In this document: positions 1 through 9,471 of the stretch, one piece after another
Layout of the letters: every line of letters begins with the position of its first letter
How positions within the stretch are numbered: the first letter of the stretch is position 1
Translations under genes and position numbers: made by a program
Origin: Clostridia bacterium
GTDB taxonomy: Bacteria; Bacillota; Clostridia; Oscillospirales; CAG-272
Assembly: GCA_017505745.1 (NCBI GenBank)
Contig: JAFVOP010000101.1
Span: 3,680-67,679 of the forward strand
Direction of reading: 5' to 3'
Length of the DNA stretch: 64,000 nucleotides
Notes under the pieces: generated by a model
The model's input: only the letters and a program-made list of their open reading frames with translations
Databases searched by the model: none
What the model was told of the DNA's origin: nothing

Positions 1-2
1 TT

Positions 3-1067
3 TTGATCCCGGTTTATGGGAACATGCCTGAAACGGCCTCTCCCGATCCCGCAAACGGATCTTGCACGAATGTAGCGATGGCTAATACCCGATATAGCTA
101 TCAGGGAGAATGGACCTCTCCCGCTCGTAAAAGCACCTCAAACGAAGCGCTATATTTGGAGCTTGAGAGCTATTCCTATTCCAAGCTTTCCTTGAAGGGA
201 ATGTTTACTCACTCCTACGGGATGGAATCGTTGGAATATCGGTGGGATGACGGAGAATGGACCACGGCTTCACAGGGAAACAACTTTGATTTTTCCTTAC
301 CAACGAACTTTGCAGAGAATTCCTCGCATATACTGGTGATACGTGGAAACGCCGCATTCGATCATGAAAACGCCGCCAAAAAAAGTAACGTTTCTTTTTT
401 GTGCGCCGTCATTTACTTGACGGTACTTCCCTCGCCTACTGTCCATTTGACGTATGAGATTGCCAACACACAAACGGTCGAATCCTTTCGTGCGGGAACC
501 GAAATATCGCTTCCAACCTGTTCCTCTCCCGATTTTTCCGGATGGGTTGGATCGGACGGATCCTTTCTTCCTTCCGGAGGGACCTTTCGCATCGAAAAGG
601 ATATTTCCTACCGTGCGGTTTTCTTGACGTTTCATGTTTTGAAAGGTGCGGCCCTTGCCTTACCGCCCAACCAACCCTCGCTGTGTTTCTTTGCCGCTGT
701 AGAGCCTGCATCCTATGCAGTTCTGGATGCTATTCCCAATGCAGGTGTTGAGGTGGTTGCGGCAATTTGCTCGGAGCAAGGAGAGCGCACCGAGCGAATC
801 GGCCTGGAAGGATCGCACGTTGGAGACTGGCTGTTCTTTCATGCCAATACCGAGCCCCTCTCCCCTGCCTCATATCGTACCGACTACACCGTTTCCTTCG
901 GATTGATCTTCTCTTATACAGACGGAACAAGCCGAACGGTATCTCTGCAAGGTCCGGAATTTACCCGAACGGCTGCGGAGGTTGCCGCCATGGCAATTGC
1001 TGACACCTCCGTCACCTATCCCCCTGCAGAGCTTGCTTTTTTATATACCCTTACAACGCAATCTTAA
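3..1067 (+). CDS. C-terminal part of a large secreted/surface protein (5' end outside window)
   Basis: The ORF is open from the window edge and stops at TAA 1065-1067. The segment HLTYEIANTQ...FSGWVGSDGSFLPSGGTFRIEKDISYRAVF resembles one Listeria-Bacteroides type repeat. Confidence 0.45.
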   Translation: MIPVYGNMPETASPDPANGSCTNVAMANTRYSYQGEWTSPARKSTSNEALYLELESYSYSKLSLKGMFTHSYGMESLEYRWDDGEWTTASQGNNFDFSLPTNFAENSSHILVIRGNAAFDHENAAKKSNVSFLCAVIYLTVLPSPTVHLTYEIANTQTVESFRAGTEISLPTCSSPDFSGWVGSDGSFLPSGGTFRIEKDISYRAVFLTFHVLKGAALALPPNQPSLCFFAAVEPASYAVLDAIPNAGVEVVAAICSEQGERTERIGLEGSHVGDWLFFHANTEPLSPASYRTDYTVSFGLIFSYTDGTSRTVSLQGPEFTRTAAEVAAMAIADTSVTYPPAELAFLYTLTTQS

Positions 1068-1085
1068 TTGGAAAGGAAGAACCCA

Positions 1086-1925
1086 ATGAAAACTCTGGGC
1101 TACTACAACGGAACATTTGACGAATTGGAAAAAATGACGGTCCCTATGCTTGACCGCGCATGTTATTTTGGAGACGGTGTTTACGACGTAACGTATAGCC
1201 GAAATTATAAAATCTATGCATTGGAAGAGCACGTAGACCGATTTTTCCACAGTGCCGAGCTATTGAAGATCCAACCGACGCTGACAAAGCCCGAGCTTTG
1301 TTCCTTGCTTTTGGATCTGGTTAAAAAATTGGATTCGGGAAATCAATGGATCTATCTTCAGTTTACGCGAGGGACAGGACTTCGCACACATGCCTTTTTG
1401 GAGGACGGGAAAGCCAATCTTTGGATTATGCTGAAGCCCGCAGAGATTCGTGACACCTACCAACCCATGCGTTGCATTACGCGGGAGGATACACGCTTTT
1501 ATCATTGCAATATCAAAACACTCAATTTGATCCCAAACGTTCTTGCAACACAGGCCACGGTAGAGGTCGGAGTGGACGAATGCATCCTTCACCGCGGAGA
1601 TACCGTGACCGAATGCGCGCATTCCAATCTCTCTATTTTAAAGGACGGCACACTGATCACACACCCTGCAAACGAGTGGATCCTGGCCGGAACCGGACGC
1701 GCACACCTGATTGCAATGTGTAAAGCATTCGACATTGCCGTGTTGGAGCGTCCTTACACGCTCTCCGAGCTGATGACCGCCGATGAGATCTTGATCACCT
1801 CCGCATCTGCGCTTTGTATGCAGGTTACGGAGATCGACGGGCTTGCGGTGGGCGGAAAAGATACCGACACGGTTCGTCGGTTGCAGGATGCGCTTCTCCG
1901 CAATTTTATGGAAAAAACCGAATAA
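1086..1925 (+). CDS. dat: D-amino-acid aminotransferase (class IV PLP aminotransferase)
   Basis: DRACYFGDGVYDV, EHVDRFFHSAELLKI, YLQFTRGTGLRTHAF, CNIKTLNL and ILHRGDTVTECAHSNL..THPAN track Bacillus Dat closely. ATG 1086 follows GAAAGGAAG. The track start at 1068 is TTG. Confidence 0.85.
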   Translation: MKTLGYYNGTFDELEKMTVPMLDRACYFGDGVYDVTYSRNYKIYALEEHVDRFFHSAELLKIQPTLTKPELCSLLLDLVKKLDSGNQWIYLQFTRGTGLRTHAFLEDGKANLWIMLKPAEIRDTYQPMRCITREDTRFYHCNIKTLNLIPNVLATQATVEVGVDECILHRGDTVTECAHSNLSILKDGTLITHPANEWILAGTGRAHLIAMCKAFDIAVLERPYTLSELMTADEILITSASALCMQVTEIDGLAVGGKDTDTVRRLQDALLRNFMEKTE

Positions 1926-1931
1926 AAGGAA

Positions 1932-1967
1932 AACGCTTATACTGCTTGACGTTGCAGTATAAGCGTT
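1932..1967. terminator. hairpin terminator between convergent genes
   Basis: Perfect 14-bp stem aacgcttatactgc / gcagtataagcgtt with an 8-nt loop, followed by a T-rich tail. Confidence 0.7.
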
Positions 1968-1975
1968 CTCTTATT

Positions 1976-3004
1976 TCAGTGTATTGATAGACGAAGAAAG
2001 CGTTTTTGTTCGTAGGAAAGCATCAACAGATCGCAATTGGAAAAAACGGCAAGACGCCTATACGGATAGCGCGCCGCATAGGAGGCAATTGCATATTCCA
2101 GCTCAACGTCGGAGGGATAATCCGAAAGTGCGATACCGCAGAGAAGATTTCTCGCTTTTGATTGTGCAGAAAAGCTTAAGAGACTGTCACGAACCCTTGG
2201 CTCCCCGGTTGTCCATACAATCGCAGGCAACCCAACAGTACGCTCCGCGTTTTCCAGCAATCGTCGCGCATCGGATTCCGCGCATTCAAAACGCAACAAA
2301 AGAGTCCATTCTCTTTCCGTGCAAGCTTCACATAACATGCGGAAAGTTTGCGCCAGAAGCACATTGCCGTTCTCCTCGTCTCCATTCAAGGCGCGCTCTA
2401 CCGAATATCGGTTGGGATTGTGATTCTGATATTCACGGGGCAACACCAAGTAAGCGGAGTGACATCCTCGCGCCGCAAAGACATCGAATGCAGTATTCAT
2501 TTCCTGCTTCCAATCTTCCCAAGTTTTCCGTTTTGTTCCGCACCACTCATTTGCCGCTAAAACGGGAATGCATGCATCCGGAAGCTCGGAAAGCGTTTCG
2601 TAAGGGGAAAGCAAGCAACGGATTGGCCGCGCTTCGTTCAAGCGCAACACACACTCCAATCGGGTCAGAGGAGTCTCCGCGCACATCTCCGAAATACTTT
2701 TCCAGATCTCATCACACCGCTCTTTTGAAAGTGAAAGATCCAGTCCAAAGCACACCTTCAATAGGTACTCGTACCGCTTTATCAGCGGATGCCCCGATAG
2801 CAGCGGACGGGCGCAGCAAAGTGCGGCAAAAACCTCATAATCCGATTTTGGAGCGTGAAAAGCACCGTTCCCCTCGGTGCCACAGTAGCGCAAGAGCGCT
2901 TGGATTGCTTCCCGATCCATCAGGTCTGTCGGGTTGGAAATGCGTTGGTTCCAGGCCACCTGCCGCCAATATCCGAAATCATATGCAAAAAAAACAGAAT
3001 CCAA
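1976..3004 (-). CDS. hypothetical protein (possibly uronate-isomerase/amidohydrolase-like, unverified)
   Basis: 342-aa ORF filling the gap between a terminator and a promoter region. It has coding-like composition but no motif I can name with confidence. Confidence 0.5.
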   Translation of the reverse strand: MDSVFFAYDFGYWRQVAWNQRISNPTDLMDREAIQALLRYCGTEGNGAFHAPKSDYEVFAALCCARPLLSGHPLIKRYEYLLKVCFGLDLSLSKERCDEIWKSISEMCAETPLTRLECVLRLNEARPIRCLLSPYETLSELPDACIPVLAANEWCGTKRKTWEDWKQEMNTAFDVFAARGCHSAYLVLPREYQNHNPNRYSVERALNGDEENGNVLLAQTFRMLCEACTEREWTLLLRFECAESDARRLLENAERTVGLPAIVWTTGEPRVRDSLLSFSAQSKARNLLCGIALSDYPSDVELEYAIASYAARYPYRRLAVFSNCDLLMLSYEQKRFLRLSIH

Positions 3005-3128
3005 TGGGTTCCCCCCTCTCTGATGATTTTAATTTTATCATAAAATTTGATTTCCGTCAACCAAATGCAGAAAAAAGTATCCGAAATGCAAATTTTTTTC
3101 ATAATGTATAGACGAAACGAGCTTTTTA

Positions 3129-3137
3129 TGTTATAAT
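3129..3137 (+). promoter_or_regulatory. extended -10 promoter candidate (TGtTATAAT) for the MutS-paralogue gene
   Basis: tatgTTATAAT lies 40 nt upstream of ATG 3177. The -35 is weak. Confidence 0.35.
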
Positions 3138-3176
3138 CATTAGCAGAAACCATGTTGAAAGGATCGCAAAAAGCAA

Positions 3177-4793
3177 ATGGATTTTCATGAATTCAGTTTG
3201 ATCTATACCGATGCTGATACGAAGAAACGGCATGAAAGCGGAAAATCTCTACCGGATATCGATCGTTTTACCTTACAGGAGCTTGGCCTCTTGGAAATTT
3301 TTGATCTGAAGAGCAATGATCTTGCCTCTTTCTTCACCGTAGAGCCGGAGGTCATGCAATATCGTATGGCAGCGTTTGAGGATATGCTCACCTGTAAGGA
3401 ACTGACGGATATGCTCAACAATCTGGTCCCGGTTCTCAGCGATATCATGGAACTTCGCCGGCTGGAGGCCGATAGCGGAGACACCGATGACTATCTGTCA
3501 AGCATCACCGAGATTGAACTCTACGTTGCCAGCATCCGCGTATTGCAAAATGGATTAAATGGAATTAAGGAGCGCTTGAAAAGTCCTGCCTTTACCGCGC
3601 TTTCTACACTGATTACCGAGCTTGCAGAAAGTGATTATTACCGAGAGCTTAATCAAAAGCTGGAGGAGCTTACCCAACGCGTACGTGAGATCAAAAGCAT
3701 CACGATCGGAGTTAACCTTGATGCACAGCTTCGTCCCGCATCGGCAGGGGTGCTTTCAATTAATTCCGAAGCCTTTAAATCGGGAGACGTTTTAGATAAA
3801 ATTCTCCGTCTCAACTTCAAAAACGACAATTATACCTGTATTGCCAATTTGGTCCCTTTTGGAAAAAAGCAAACCGAGAACCAAAAGCTGGCCATGTCTC
3901 ACGCCTTTAACAGTGCGATCAATGACATTTACAAGTCCTCATTGCGCTCCTGGAAAAAGATTGTACAAACCTATGTATTGGAAAATACCGAGTTTTTGCT
4001 GAATCTGATGCCTGAATTTGAATTTTTGGTGCGCGGTACACAAATGCTCAAGGAGCTTCGTCAAAAAGGATGTGCATTGAGCGTTCCGGACATCCGCCCC
4101 ATGAACGAGCACGCGTTTTCCGCACAAAAGCTTTACAATCCGTGTGTAGCGTTGAAAATCGAAGACCAAATTGTTCCCAACGACCTTGATTTTGATAAGG
4201 ATGCCGCGATCTACGTGCTCACAGGCCCAAACCGCGGCGGAAAATCGGTGATCACCTGTGCGGTTGGATTGGCACAGGTCATGCTTCAGCTGGGAATGTA
4301 TATTCCTGCCGAAGCCTCGAAAATTTCCCCGGTGGATGGGATCTACACGCACTTCCCCACCGGTGCTGAGGACACCATTGATAAGGGACGTCTTGGAGAA
4401 GAATGTGCGCGTTTGGGTGAGATCTTTGACTGTATCACCGCTGACAGCTTGGTATTGTTGGATGAATCTCTCTCGTCCACGGGAAGCTATGAGGCCTCCT
4501 ATATTGCGGCAGAGGTCCTGCGCGGGCTTTCTCACGTGGGGTGCCGTTGTCTCTTCTCCACACACTTGCACGAATTGGCTGCAGAGATCGATCGCTTGAA
4601 CCGCGAATCGCTCGCTGATGGCGGCGTTGCAATCGATACCTTGGTTGCGGGCATCGTTGGTGAAGGCAAGCGCTCCTTCCGCATTACCCGCGCAAAGCCT
4701 GACGGTAAAAGCTATGCACGAGACATTGCCGAGAGCTATGGTCTTACCTATGAAAAGATCCTGCATCGCATCGATGATCCCGAATTCCAATAA
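3177..4793 (+). CDS. MutS-family ATPase paralogue (MutS domain V, no mismatch-binding domain)
   Basis: Walker A LTGPNRGGKSV, Walker B LVLLDESLSST and FSTHLHELA. It is only 538 aa, with a coiled N-terminal region unlike MutS1. Confidence 0.8.
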   Translation: MDFHEFSLIYTDADTKKRHESGKSLPDIDRFTLQELGLLEIFDLKSNDLASFFTVEPEVMQYRMAAFEDMLTCKELTDMLNNLVPVLSDIMELRRLEADSGDTDDYLSSITEIELYVASIRVLQNGLNGIKERLKSPAFTALSTLITELAESDYYRELNQKLEELTQRVREIKSITIGVNLDAQLRPASAGVLSINSEAFKSGDVLDKILRLNFKNDNYTCIANLVPFGKKQTENQKLAMSHAFNSAINDIYKSSLRSWKKIVQTYVLENTEFLLNLMPEFEFLVRGTQMLKELRQKGCALSVPDIRPMNEHAFSAQKLYNPCVALKIEDQIVPNDLDFDKDAAIYVLTGPNRGGKSVITCAVGLAQVMLQLGMYIPAEASKISPVDGIYTHFPTGAEDTIDKGRLGEECARLGEIFDCITADSLVLLDESLSSTGSYEASYIAAEVLRGLSHVGCRCLFSTHLHELAAEIDRLNRESLADGGVAIDTLVAGIVGEGKRSFRITRAKPDGKSYARDIAESYGLTYEKILHRIDDPEFQ

Positions 4794-4806
4794 AAGAACG
4801 GACACA

Positions 4807-5007
4807 ATGATGAAAAAAACAATCAAAAAACAGGTTACGAACTGCGAAAGCTGCGTATTCTATGACTATGACGAGGATTACGAAGGCTACGTTTGCACAA
4901 TGAATTTGGACCAGGACGAATTGGGGCGTTTTTTGTCCGGTCAAACCTTTTCCTGTCCGTACTATCGCTTTTATGATGAATATAAAAGCGTACATAAGCA
5001 GATTTGA
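4807..5007 (+). CDS. small Cys-rich protein (CxxC ... C ... C, zinc-ribbon-like)
   Basis: MMKKTIKKQVTNCESCVFYDYD..YVCTMN..FSCPYYRFYDEY. ATG is at 4807/4810. The stop overlaps the TTG start of the next gene (ATTTGA). Confidence 0.55.
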   Translation: MMKKTIKKQVTNCESCVFYDYDEDYEGYVCTMNLDQDELGRFLSGQTFSCPYYRFYDEYKSVHKQI

Positions 5008-5540
5008 ATACGCTTCGATTTCGTCTCGCCAATCATGAGGATATCCCCTCAATTTTAGAGATATACGCCCCCTATATTGAAGAAACGACCGTTACCTTTG
5101 AATATGACGTTCCAAGTCTTGAGGCTTTTTCCAAACGGTTTGAGGAGATCACAGAGCGCTTTCCCTGGTACGTTTGCGAGGACGGCGAAACAGTTGTGGG
5201 ATATGCCTATGCTTCCCCCGCGTTTACACGCGCTGCATTTCGATGGGATGCAGATCTTTCGGTTTACATCGTTCCCTCTTATCATCACCGCGGAATTGGA
5301 AAACGCTTCTACGAAATTTTGGAGCAGGATCTTTACCAAATGGGATATCATAACGTCTATGCACTGATCACGGGCAAAAATCAGGTCAGCTGCGCGTTTC
5401 ATGAGTCACTTGGATACACCTTGCTCGGGCGTCTCCCAAGAACGGGATTCAAGCATGGAGAATGGCTCGATCTGTATTGGTATGGAAAGCGGCTACGGGA
5501 TGCGACGCCGCCCTCCTCTTTCCCCCAAAAAAGGCTATAA
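5004..5540 (+). CDS. GNAT N-acetyltransferase (phosphinothricin-acetyltransferase-like)
   Basis: Acetyl-CoA loop HHRGIGKRFYE and the overall PAT-like layout (..VTFEYDVPS..WYVCE..VGYAYA). TTG start. Confidence 0.8.
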   Translation: MNTLRFRLANHEDIPSILEIYAPYIEETTVTFEYDVPSLEAFSKRFEEITERFPWYVCEDGETVVGYAYASPAFTRAAFRWDADLSVYIVPSYHHRGIGKRFYEILEQDLYQMGYHNVYALITGKNQVSCAFHESLGYTLLGRLPRTGFKHGEWLDLYWYGKRLRDATPPSSFPQKRL

Positions 5541-5544
5541 AAAA

Positions 5545-5577
5545 CAGGGATTTTTCACTGCATGTGAGAAATCCCTG
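5545..5577. terminator. hairpin terminator between convergent genes
   Basis: cagggatttttcac / gtgagaaatccctg with one mismatch, followed by cttttata. Confidence 0.6.
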
Positions 5578-5580
5578 CTT

Positions 5581-6219
5581 TTATATGAGATTTAAAATTT
5601 TTGAAATGTTTGAACCGATATAGGTTGCTCCAAAGCGATTCTCCTCTCTTGAGATCAAAAAGCTATCGATTCCCGCATTTTTTGCCCCCAGAATATCGGT
5701 TCGGGGATTATCTCCCACAAAAAGCGTGGTTTCCTTAGCGGCCCCCAGCTGCTCGATCGCCAGCTCGTAGATTCGGGGATCGGGCTTGTCAAATCCGATC
5801 GCCTTTGAGATCAGGATAATATCGAAGGCATCGCGAAAACCGGCCGTATCGATTTTAACGTTTTGACTCCAGGCATCTCCGTTTGTAATGATGCCCAGCT
5901 TGCAGCCACGCTTTTTTAATTGCGTCAAGGTGGATACGGTCCACGGAAAGCATACCGTTGCATGGATGTAAAGATCCCAAAGATGTTTTAAAAACGCCGG
6001 ATACGGAGGAGCATCGTTCCAATGCAGCTCCCAGCAGATATCCTCGAAGATATGACTACCGTTTGCAAAATTAAAATAGATTCGAAACAGCAACTCTTCG
6101 TGACCTCGCAGCGGCGGATATTCCTCTGCCATTTTCGGCAAGATCCTACGAAACGCCTCCACGTTGTCGATCAACGTGGAATCGAGATCAAACAGGATCG
6201 TTTGGTAACGGTTGCTCAT
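5581..6219 (-). CDS. HAD-superfamily hydrolase
   Basis: Motif I ILFDLDSTLID and motif IV FVGDNPRTDILGA. ATG 6219 is preceded by GAGGATGGAG. Confidence 0.8.
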   Translation of the reverse strand: MSNRYQTILFDLDSTLIDNVEAFRRILPKMAEEYPPLRGHEELLFRIYFNFANGSHIFEDICWELHWNDAPPYPAFLKHLWDLYIHATVCFPWTVSTLTQLKKRGCKLGIITNGDAWSQNVKIDTAGFRDAFDIILISKAIGFDKPDPRIYELAIEQLGAAKETTLFVGDNPRTDILGAKNAGIDSFLISREENRFGATYIGSNISKILNLI

Positions 6220-6988
6220 ACTCCATCCTCGCTTTTTCCTCATTCAGATAGAAATGGTTGATCAAAAGGATCAGTACCAAAAATCCAACAAACAGGTAGA
6301 CTGCATGTAACAGATAATAAAAGATCATCCAAAGAAGATCGGAAAGCCCGGTGGGAGCACCGTAGAAAAAATCAAAAATAATTTGGGAAACCAGTTGTAC
6401 GAAGGCAGGAATCGAAGAAGCAAAAAAAGCGCTTCTTGAAATCGGATTTTTAAAATCAAACAGTCCGGAAATCGGAAGATTTGTCAACAAAAGCTCTCCG
6501 CCCTTTCTACGCACTTGCATCGTACCCCGTCTCTTTACACTCCTCAGGATCCAAATCAATGCTCCCATTTGCGCCAGATCCAATAGGATGTCAAGCAAGA
6601 GATATGGGAGATACATCGTGAGAAAATCCTCCCACATTGGACGCTCAATCATACAGAAGCCTGCGATCAGATTTGCAAGATAGCGCAGAACAACCACCAA
6701 CGCGTAGATCCATAAAAACGAACGAAACTTTTCAACATCGAAGCGGAAATAGGTATAAAGAAGGAACGCAAACGCTACCCAATAAAAAAGGTAGTTTAAA
6801 AACTGCATCAAAAAGTCAAGCAACAACGGGTATATGGAGTTTTGGAGCAGAATATCGCTGCTCAGCATATGAAAAACCGGTGTACATACCGCTGCATAAA
6901 ATAAAGAAATTCCGCACAGAGACAGCAAAAAGCCTTTTGTGAGCTTCTGTTTGCGGCAAAGCTCAAATACAGATATCGGCATGGTCAT
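6188..6988 (-). CDS. polytopic membrane protein, unknown function
   Basis: 266-aa ORF with about 6 hydrophobic spans. Its 3' end overlaps the HAD gene start by 32 nt. Confidence 0.6.
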   Translation of the reverse strand: MTMPISVFELCRKQKLTKGFLLSLCGISLFYAAVCTPVFHMLSSDILLQNSIYPLLLDFLMQFLNYLFYWVAFAFLLYTYFRFDVEKFRSFLWIYALVVVLRYLANLIAGFCMIERPMWEDFLTMYLPYLLLDILLDLAQMGALIWILRSVKRRGTMQVRRKGGELLLTNLPISGLFDFKNPISRSAFFASSIPAFVQLVSQIIFDFFYGAPTGLSDLLWMIFYYLLHAVYLFVGFLVLILLINHFYLNEEKARMEYEQPLPNDPV

Positions 6989-7126
6989 ATCCCTCCCTTC
7001 GAAACGGATTCATTTGAGAGTAGCCTTATTATATCATATTCTTGCACGTTTTTTTACCCTTAATTTGTAAATTTTCTTTCTGAAATTGCATAATCTGTTA
7101 AAAATGTATGCAAACGATGGGAGGAA

Positions 7127-8053
7127 ATGGGATTGCATCTCTTTTCAAATTTGAATAAAGCGGGCTTTGACGCAGAGCAGGTATCAATTTTTCTGCATTC
7201 GCTTGCGCAAAAGTATTCCTTTCTCAACTATACAAGCCTTGGAAACAGTATTTTAGGAAAAGAGATTCCGTTGATTACACTTGGCAGTGGCGAGCGAAGC
7301 TTGTTATACGTAGGTGCGCATCACGGAATGGAATGGGTGACCGCAGTGGTGCTTTGCGCTTTTTTACAAGAGCTTTGCGAGGCAATGAAACAGGCGCATT
7401 CCCTATACGGCTATTCCATTCCGCTACTCTTAAGCACCCATACCCTGGCTCTGGTTCCTATGTTGAATCCGGACGGCGTTTCTTATCAAATACACGGTAT
7501 AGAGCCGGAGAATCCGTTGTATTCCCGTGTGCTTACCATGAATGGCGGCGATCACGATTTTTCCCATTGGCAGGCCAATGCACGCGGCGTTGACCTGAAT
7601 CATAACTACGATGCAGGATTTTGGGATTACAAATCATTGGAATTGAAAAACGGCATAATACAAGGGGCATCTACGCGATATAGCGGCGAAGCCCCCGAAT
7701 CCGAGCCGGAGGTGGCAAGGCTTTGCAATTGGATTCGATTCCAAAGGAAGCTGCGCGGTGTTTTGACTCTTCATACCCAAGGCGAAGAAATATATTACAA
7801 AAGCGCTGAAAAAGCCGCTAAAGGAAGCGAAGCGATTGCAAAAAAAATGGCGCAATGGAGCGGATACCGACTCTCTGAGGCGAAAGGTCTCGCTTCCTAC
7901 GGCGGACTGACAGATTGGTGTATCCAAACGCTTGGGATTCCATCGTTCACCTTGGAATGTGGAAAAGGTAACAATCCGCTCCCCGCTTCACAGGCAATTT
8001 CCATCTATGCTTCTCTACGGAAGTCATTGTTTTTGTTCCCAACGCTTGTATAG
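7127..8053 (+). CDS. M14 zinc carboxypeptidase, gamma-D-glutamyl-diamino-acid peptidase-like
   Basis: VGAHHGMEWVT (HxxE zinc site), MLNPDG, VDLNHNY, LTLHTQGEEIYY. SD GGGAGG precedes the ATG. Confidence 0.8.
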   Translation: MGLHLFSNLNKAGFDAEQVSIFLHSLAQKYSFLNYTSLGNSILGKEIPLITLGSGERSLLYVGAHHGMEWVTAVVLCAFLQELCEAMKQAHSLYGYSIPLLLSTHTLALVPMLNPDGVSYQIHGIEPENPLYSRVLTMNGGDHDFSHWQANARGVDLNHNYDAGFWDYKSLELKNGIIQGASTRYSGEAPESEPEVARLCNWIRFQRKLRGVLTLHTQGEEIYYKSAEKAAKGSEAIAKKMAQWSGYRLSEAKGLASYGGLTDWCIQTLGIPSFTLECGKGNNPLPASQAISIYASLRKSLFLFPTLV

Positions 8054-8056
8054 AAG

Positions 8057-8090
8057 AAGGCTGCAGATACCGATTTGTATCTGCAGCCTT
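8057..8090. terminator. hairpin terminator between convergent genes
   Basis: Perfect 14-bp stem aaggctgcagatac / gtatctgcagcctt with a 6-nt loop. Confidence 0.7.
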
Positions 8091-8107
8091 TCTCCGTGTA
8101 GCGAGAT

Positions 8108-9055
8108 TCAATCTACACGATTGCGCGTTTCTCCTGCTAAAAAAGAGCGAATATTTTCTGCCATCTCTTCCATTACCCGCACACGCGTTTCGTATCCTCC
8201 CCATGCCATATGAGGAGTCATACAAACGTTGGGATACTCGCGAATAGTTTGAAATGGATGATCATGCGGAAAGGGCTCCGTACTGTATACGTCAACGCCA
8301 AGTGCACCGATCCTCCCTTCCCGAATCGCTTCGGCAAGTGCTGCCTCATCGGTAACCGCGCCGCGAGCCACGTTGATCACGATCGCACTCTTTTTTAGCA
8401 TTGCGATATGTGACGCATCCAACAGATTTCTGGTAGACTCATTGAGGGGCGTATGGATCGAAAGAATATCGGACTCTCTGCAAACCGTATCCAGGTCCAC
8501 ACAATCCCAATTTGCAATTGGAGCACGTTTGTGAACGATCACACGGCATCCCAGCGCACGCGCAACCGTTCCCACTTGCTTTCCAATGTTTCCAAACCCA
8601 ATGATCCCCCACGTTTTTCCATAAATCTCATGGTAGACCGGAGTCAGGGAATTGGCAATTCCGCGAGCGGTATATTCCCCGCTGCGAACAAATTCGTCAT
8701 ATTCCCGCAGATGTGTGATCAAGGAAAGAGCCATCGATACCGTAACCTGCGCAACGCATTGAGTAGAGTATCCAACCACGTTACAAACAGCGATCCCGCG
8801 GGCACGGCAGTAATCCAGGTCCACATTGTCAAATCCGGTGGCCGCCAGACAAATGAGCCGTAAGGAGGAAGCCTGCGCAAGATTTTGGGAATTAAGCTTT
8901 ACCTTGTTGATGATTACAACCTCGGAGTCTCCGATATGAGCGGAAACCTCCTGCAGTGAAGTATTGCGATAAACAGTCACATCTCCAAATTCAGAGAACA
9001 GATCGGTGGAAATATCATCTCCCAAGGTTCCGGTGTCCAACAGTGCGATCTTCAT
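8108..9055 (-). CDS. D-2-hydroxyacid dehydrogenase (glycerate/phosphoglycerate dehydrogenase family)
   Basis: NAD fold GIIGFGNIGKQVG, plus HTPL and ARGAVTDE. ATG 9055 (MKIALLD) lies behind AAGGAG. The longer track start is unlikely. Confidence 0.85.
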   Translation of the reverse strand: MKIALLDTGTLGDDISTDLFSEFGDVTVYRNTSLQEVSAHIGDSEVVIINKVKLNSQNLAQASSLRLICLAATGFDNVDLDYCRARGIAVCNVVGYSTQCVAQVTVSMALSLITHLREYDEFVRSGEYTARGIANSLTPVYHEIYGKTWGIIGFGNIGKQVGTVARALGCRVIVHKRAPIANWDCVDLDTVCRESDILSIHTPLNESTRNLLDASHIAMLKKSAIVINVARGAVTDEAALAEAIREGRIGALGVDVYSTEPFPHDHPFQTIREYPNVCMTPHMAWGGYETRVRVMEEMAENIRSFLAGETRNRVD

Positions 9056-9159
9056 AGACGTTTTGCTCCTTTTTGTTTTCCTTGGACAACAGTATAGCAT
9101 AAAAAAACGGATTCTTCAAGAGGATTGCGGAAAAATCTCGGTTATTTGCCGAAAAGGTC

Positions 9160-9188
9160 TTGAAAAATTCGCGGTTTTCATATATAAT
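9160..9188 (+). promoter_or_regulatory. sigma-A promoter TTGAAA-17-TATAAT for ireB
   Basis: TTGAAA at 9160-9165, a 17-nt spacer, then TATAAT at 9183-9188. Confidence 0.5.
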
Positions 9189-9222
9189 GAAATAGAGAAA
9201 CAAAAAAAAGAGGAGGATGGAA

Positions 9223-9468
9223 ATGAATATCGAAAACCACCCCGAAGAAGTTTTGGAAAAAGACTCCAATACTCGTGAGATCTTGCGTGAGGTTTACGAG
9301 CTCATGAGCGAAAAAGGCTATAATCCCATTGGACAGATCGTTGGATACTTGCTTTCCGAGGATCCAACTTATATCACCGATTATCGCAACGCAAGAGCAT
9401 TAATCCGCAGAATCGACCGTGATGAGCTGATGAGCGAGTTGGTCAAAAACTATCTGGAGTTGAACTGA
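9223..9468 (+). CDS. ireB: IreB-family regulatory phosphoprotein (UPF0297)
   Basis: [46 protein letters not shown] is the family signature. ATG 9223 sits 6 nt after AGGAGG. Confidence 0.8.
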   Translation: MNIENHPEEVLEKDSNTREILREVYELMSEKGYNPIGQIVGYLLSEDPTYITDYRNARALIRRIDRDELMSELVKNYLELN

Positions 9469-9471
9469 TCG

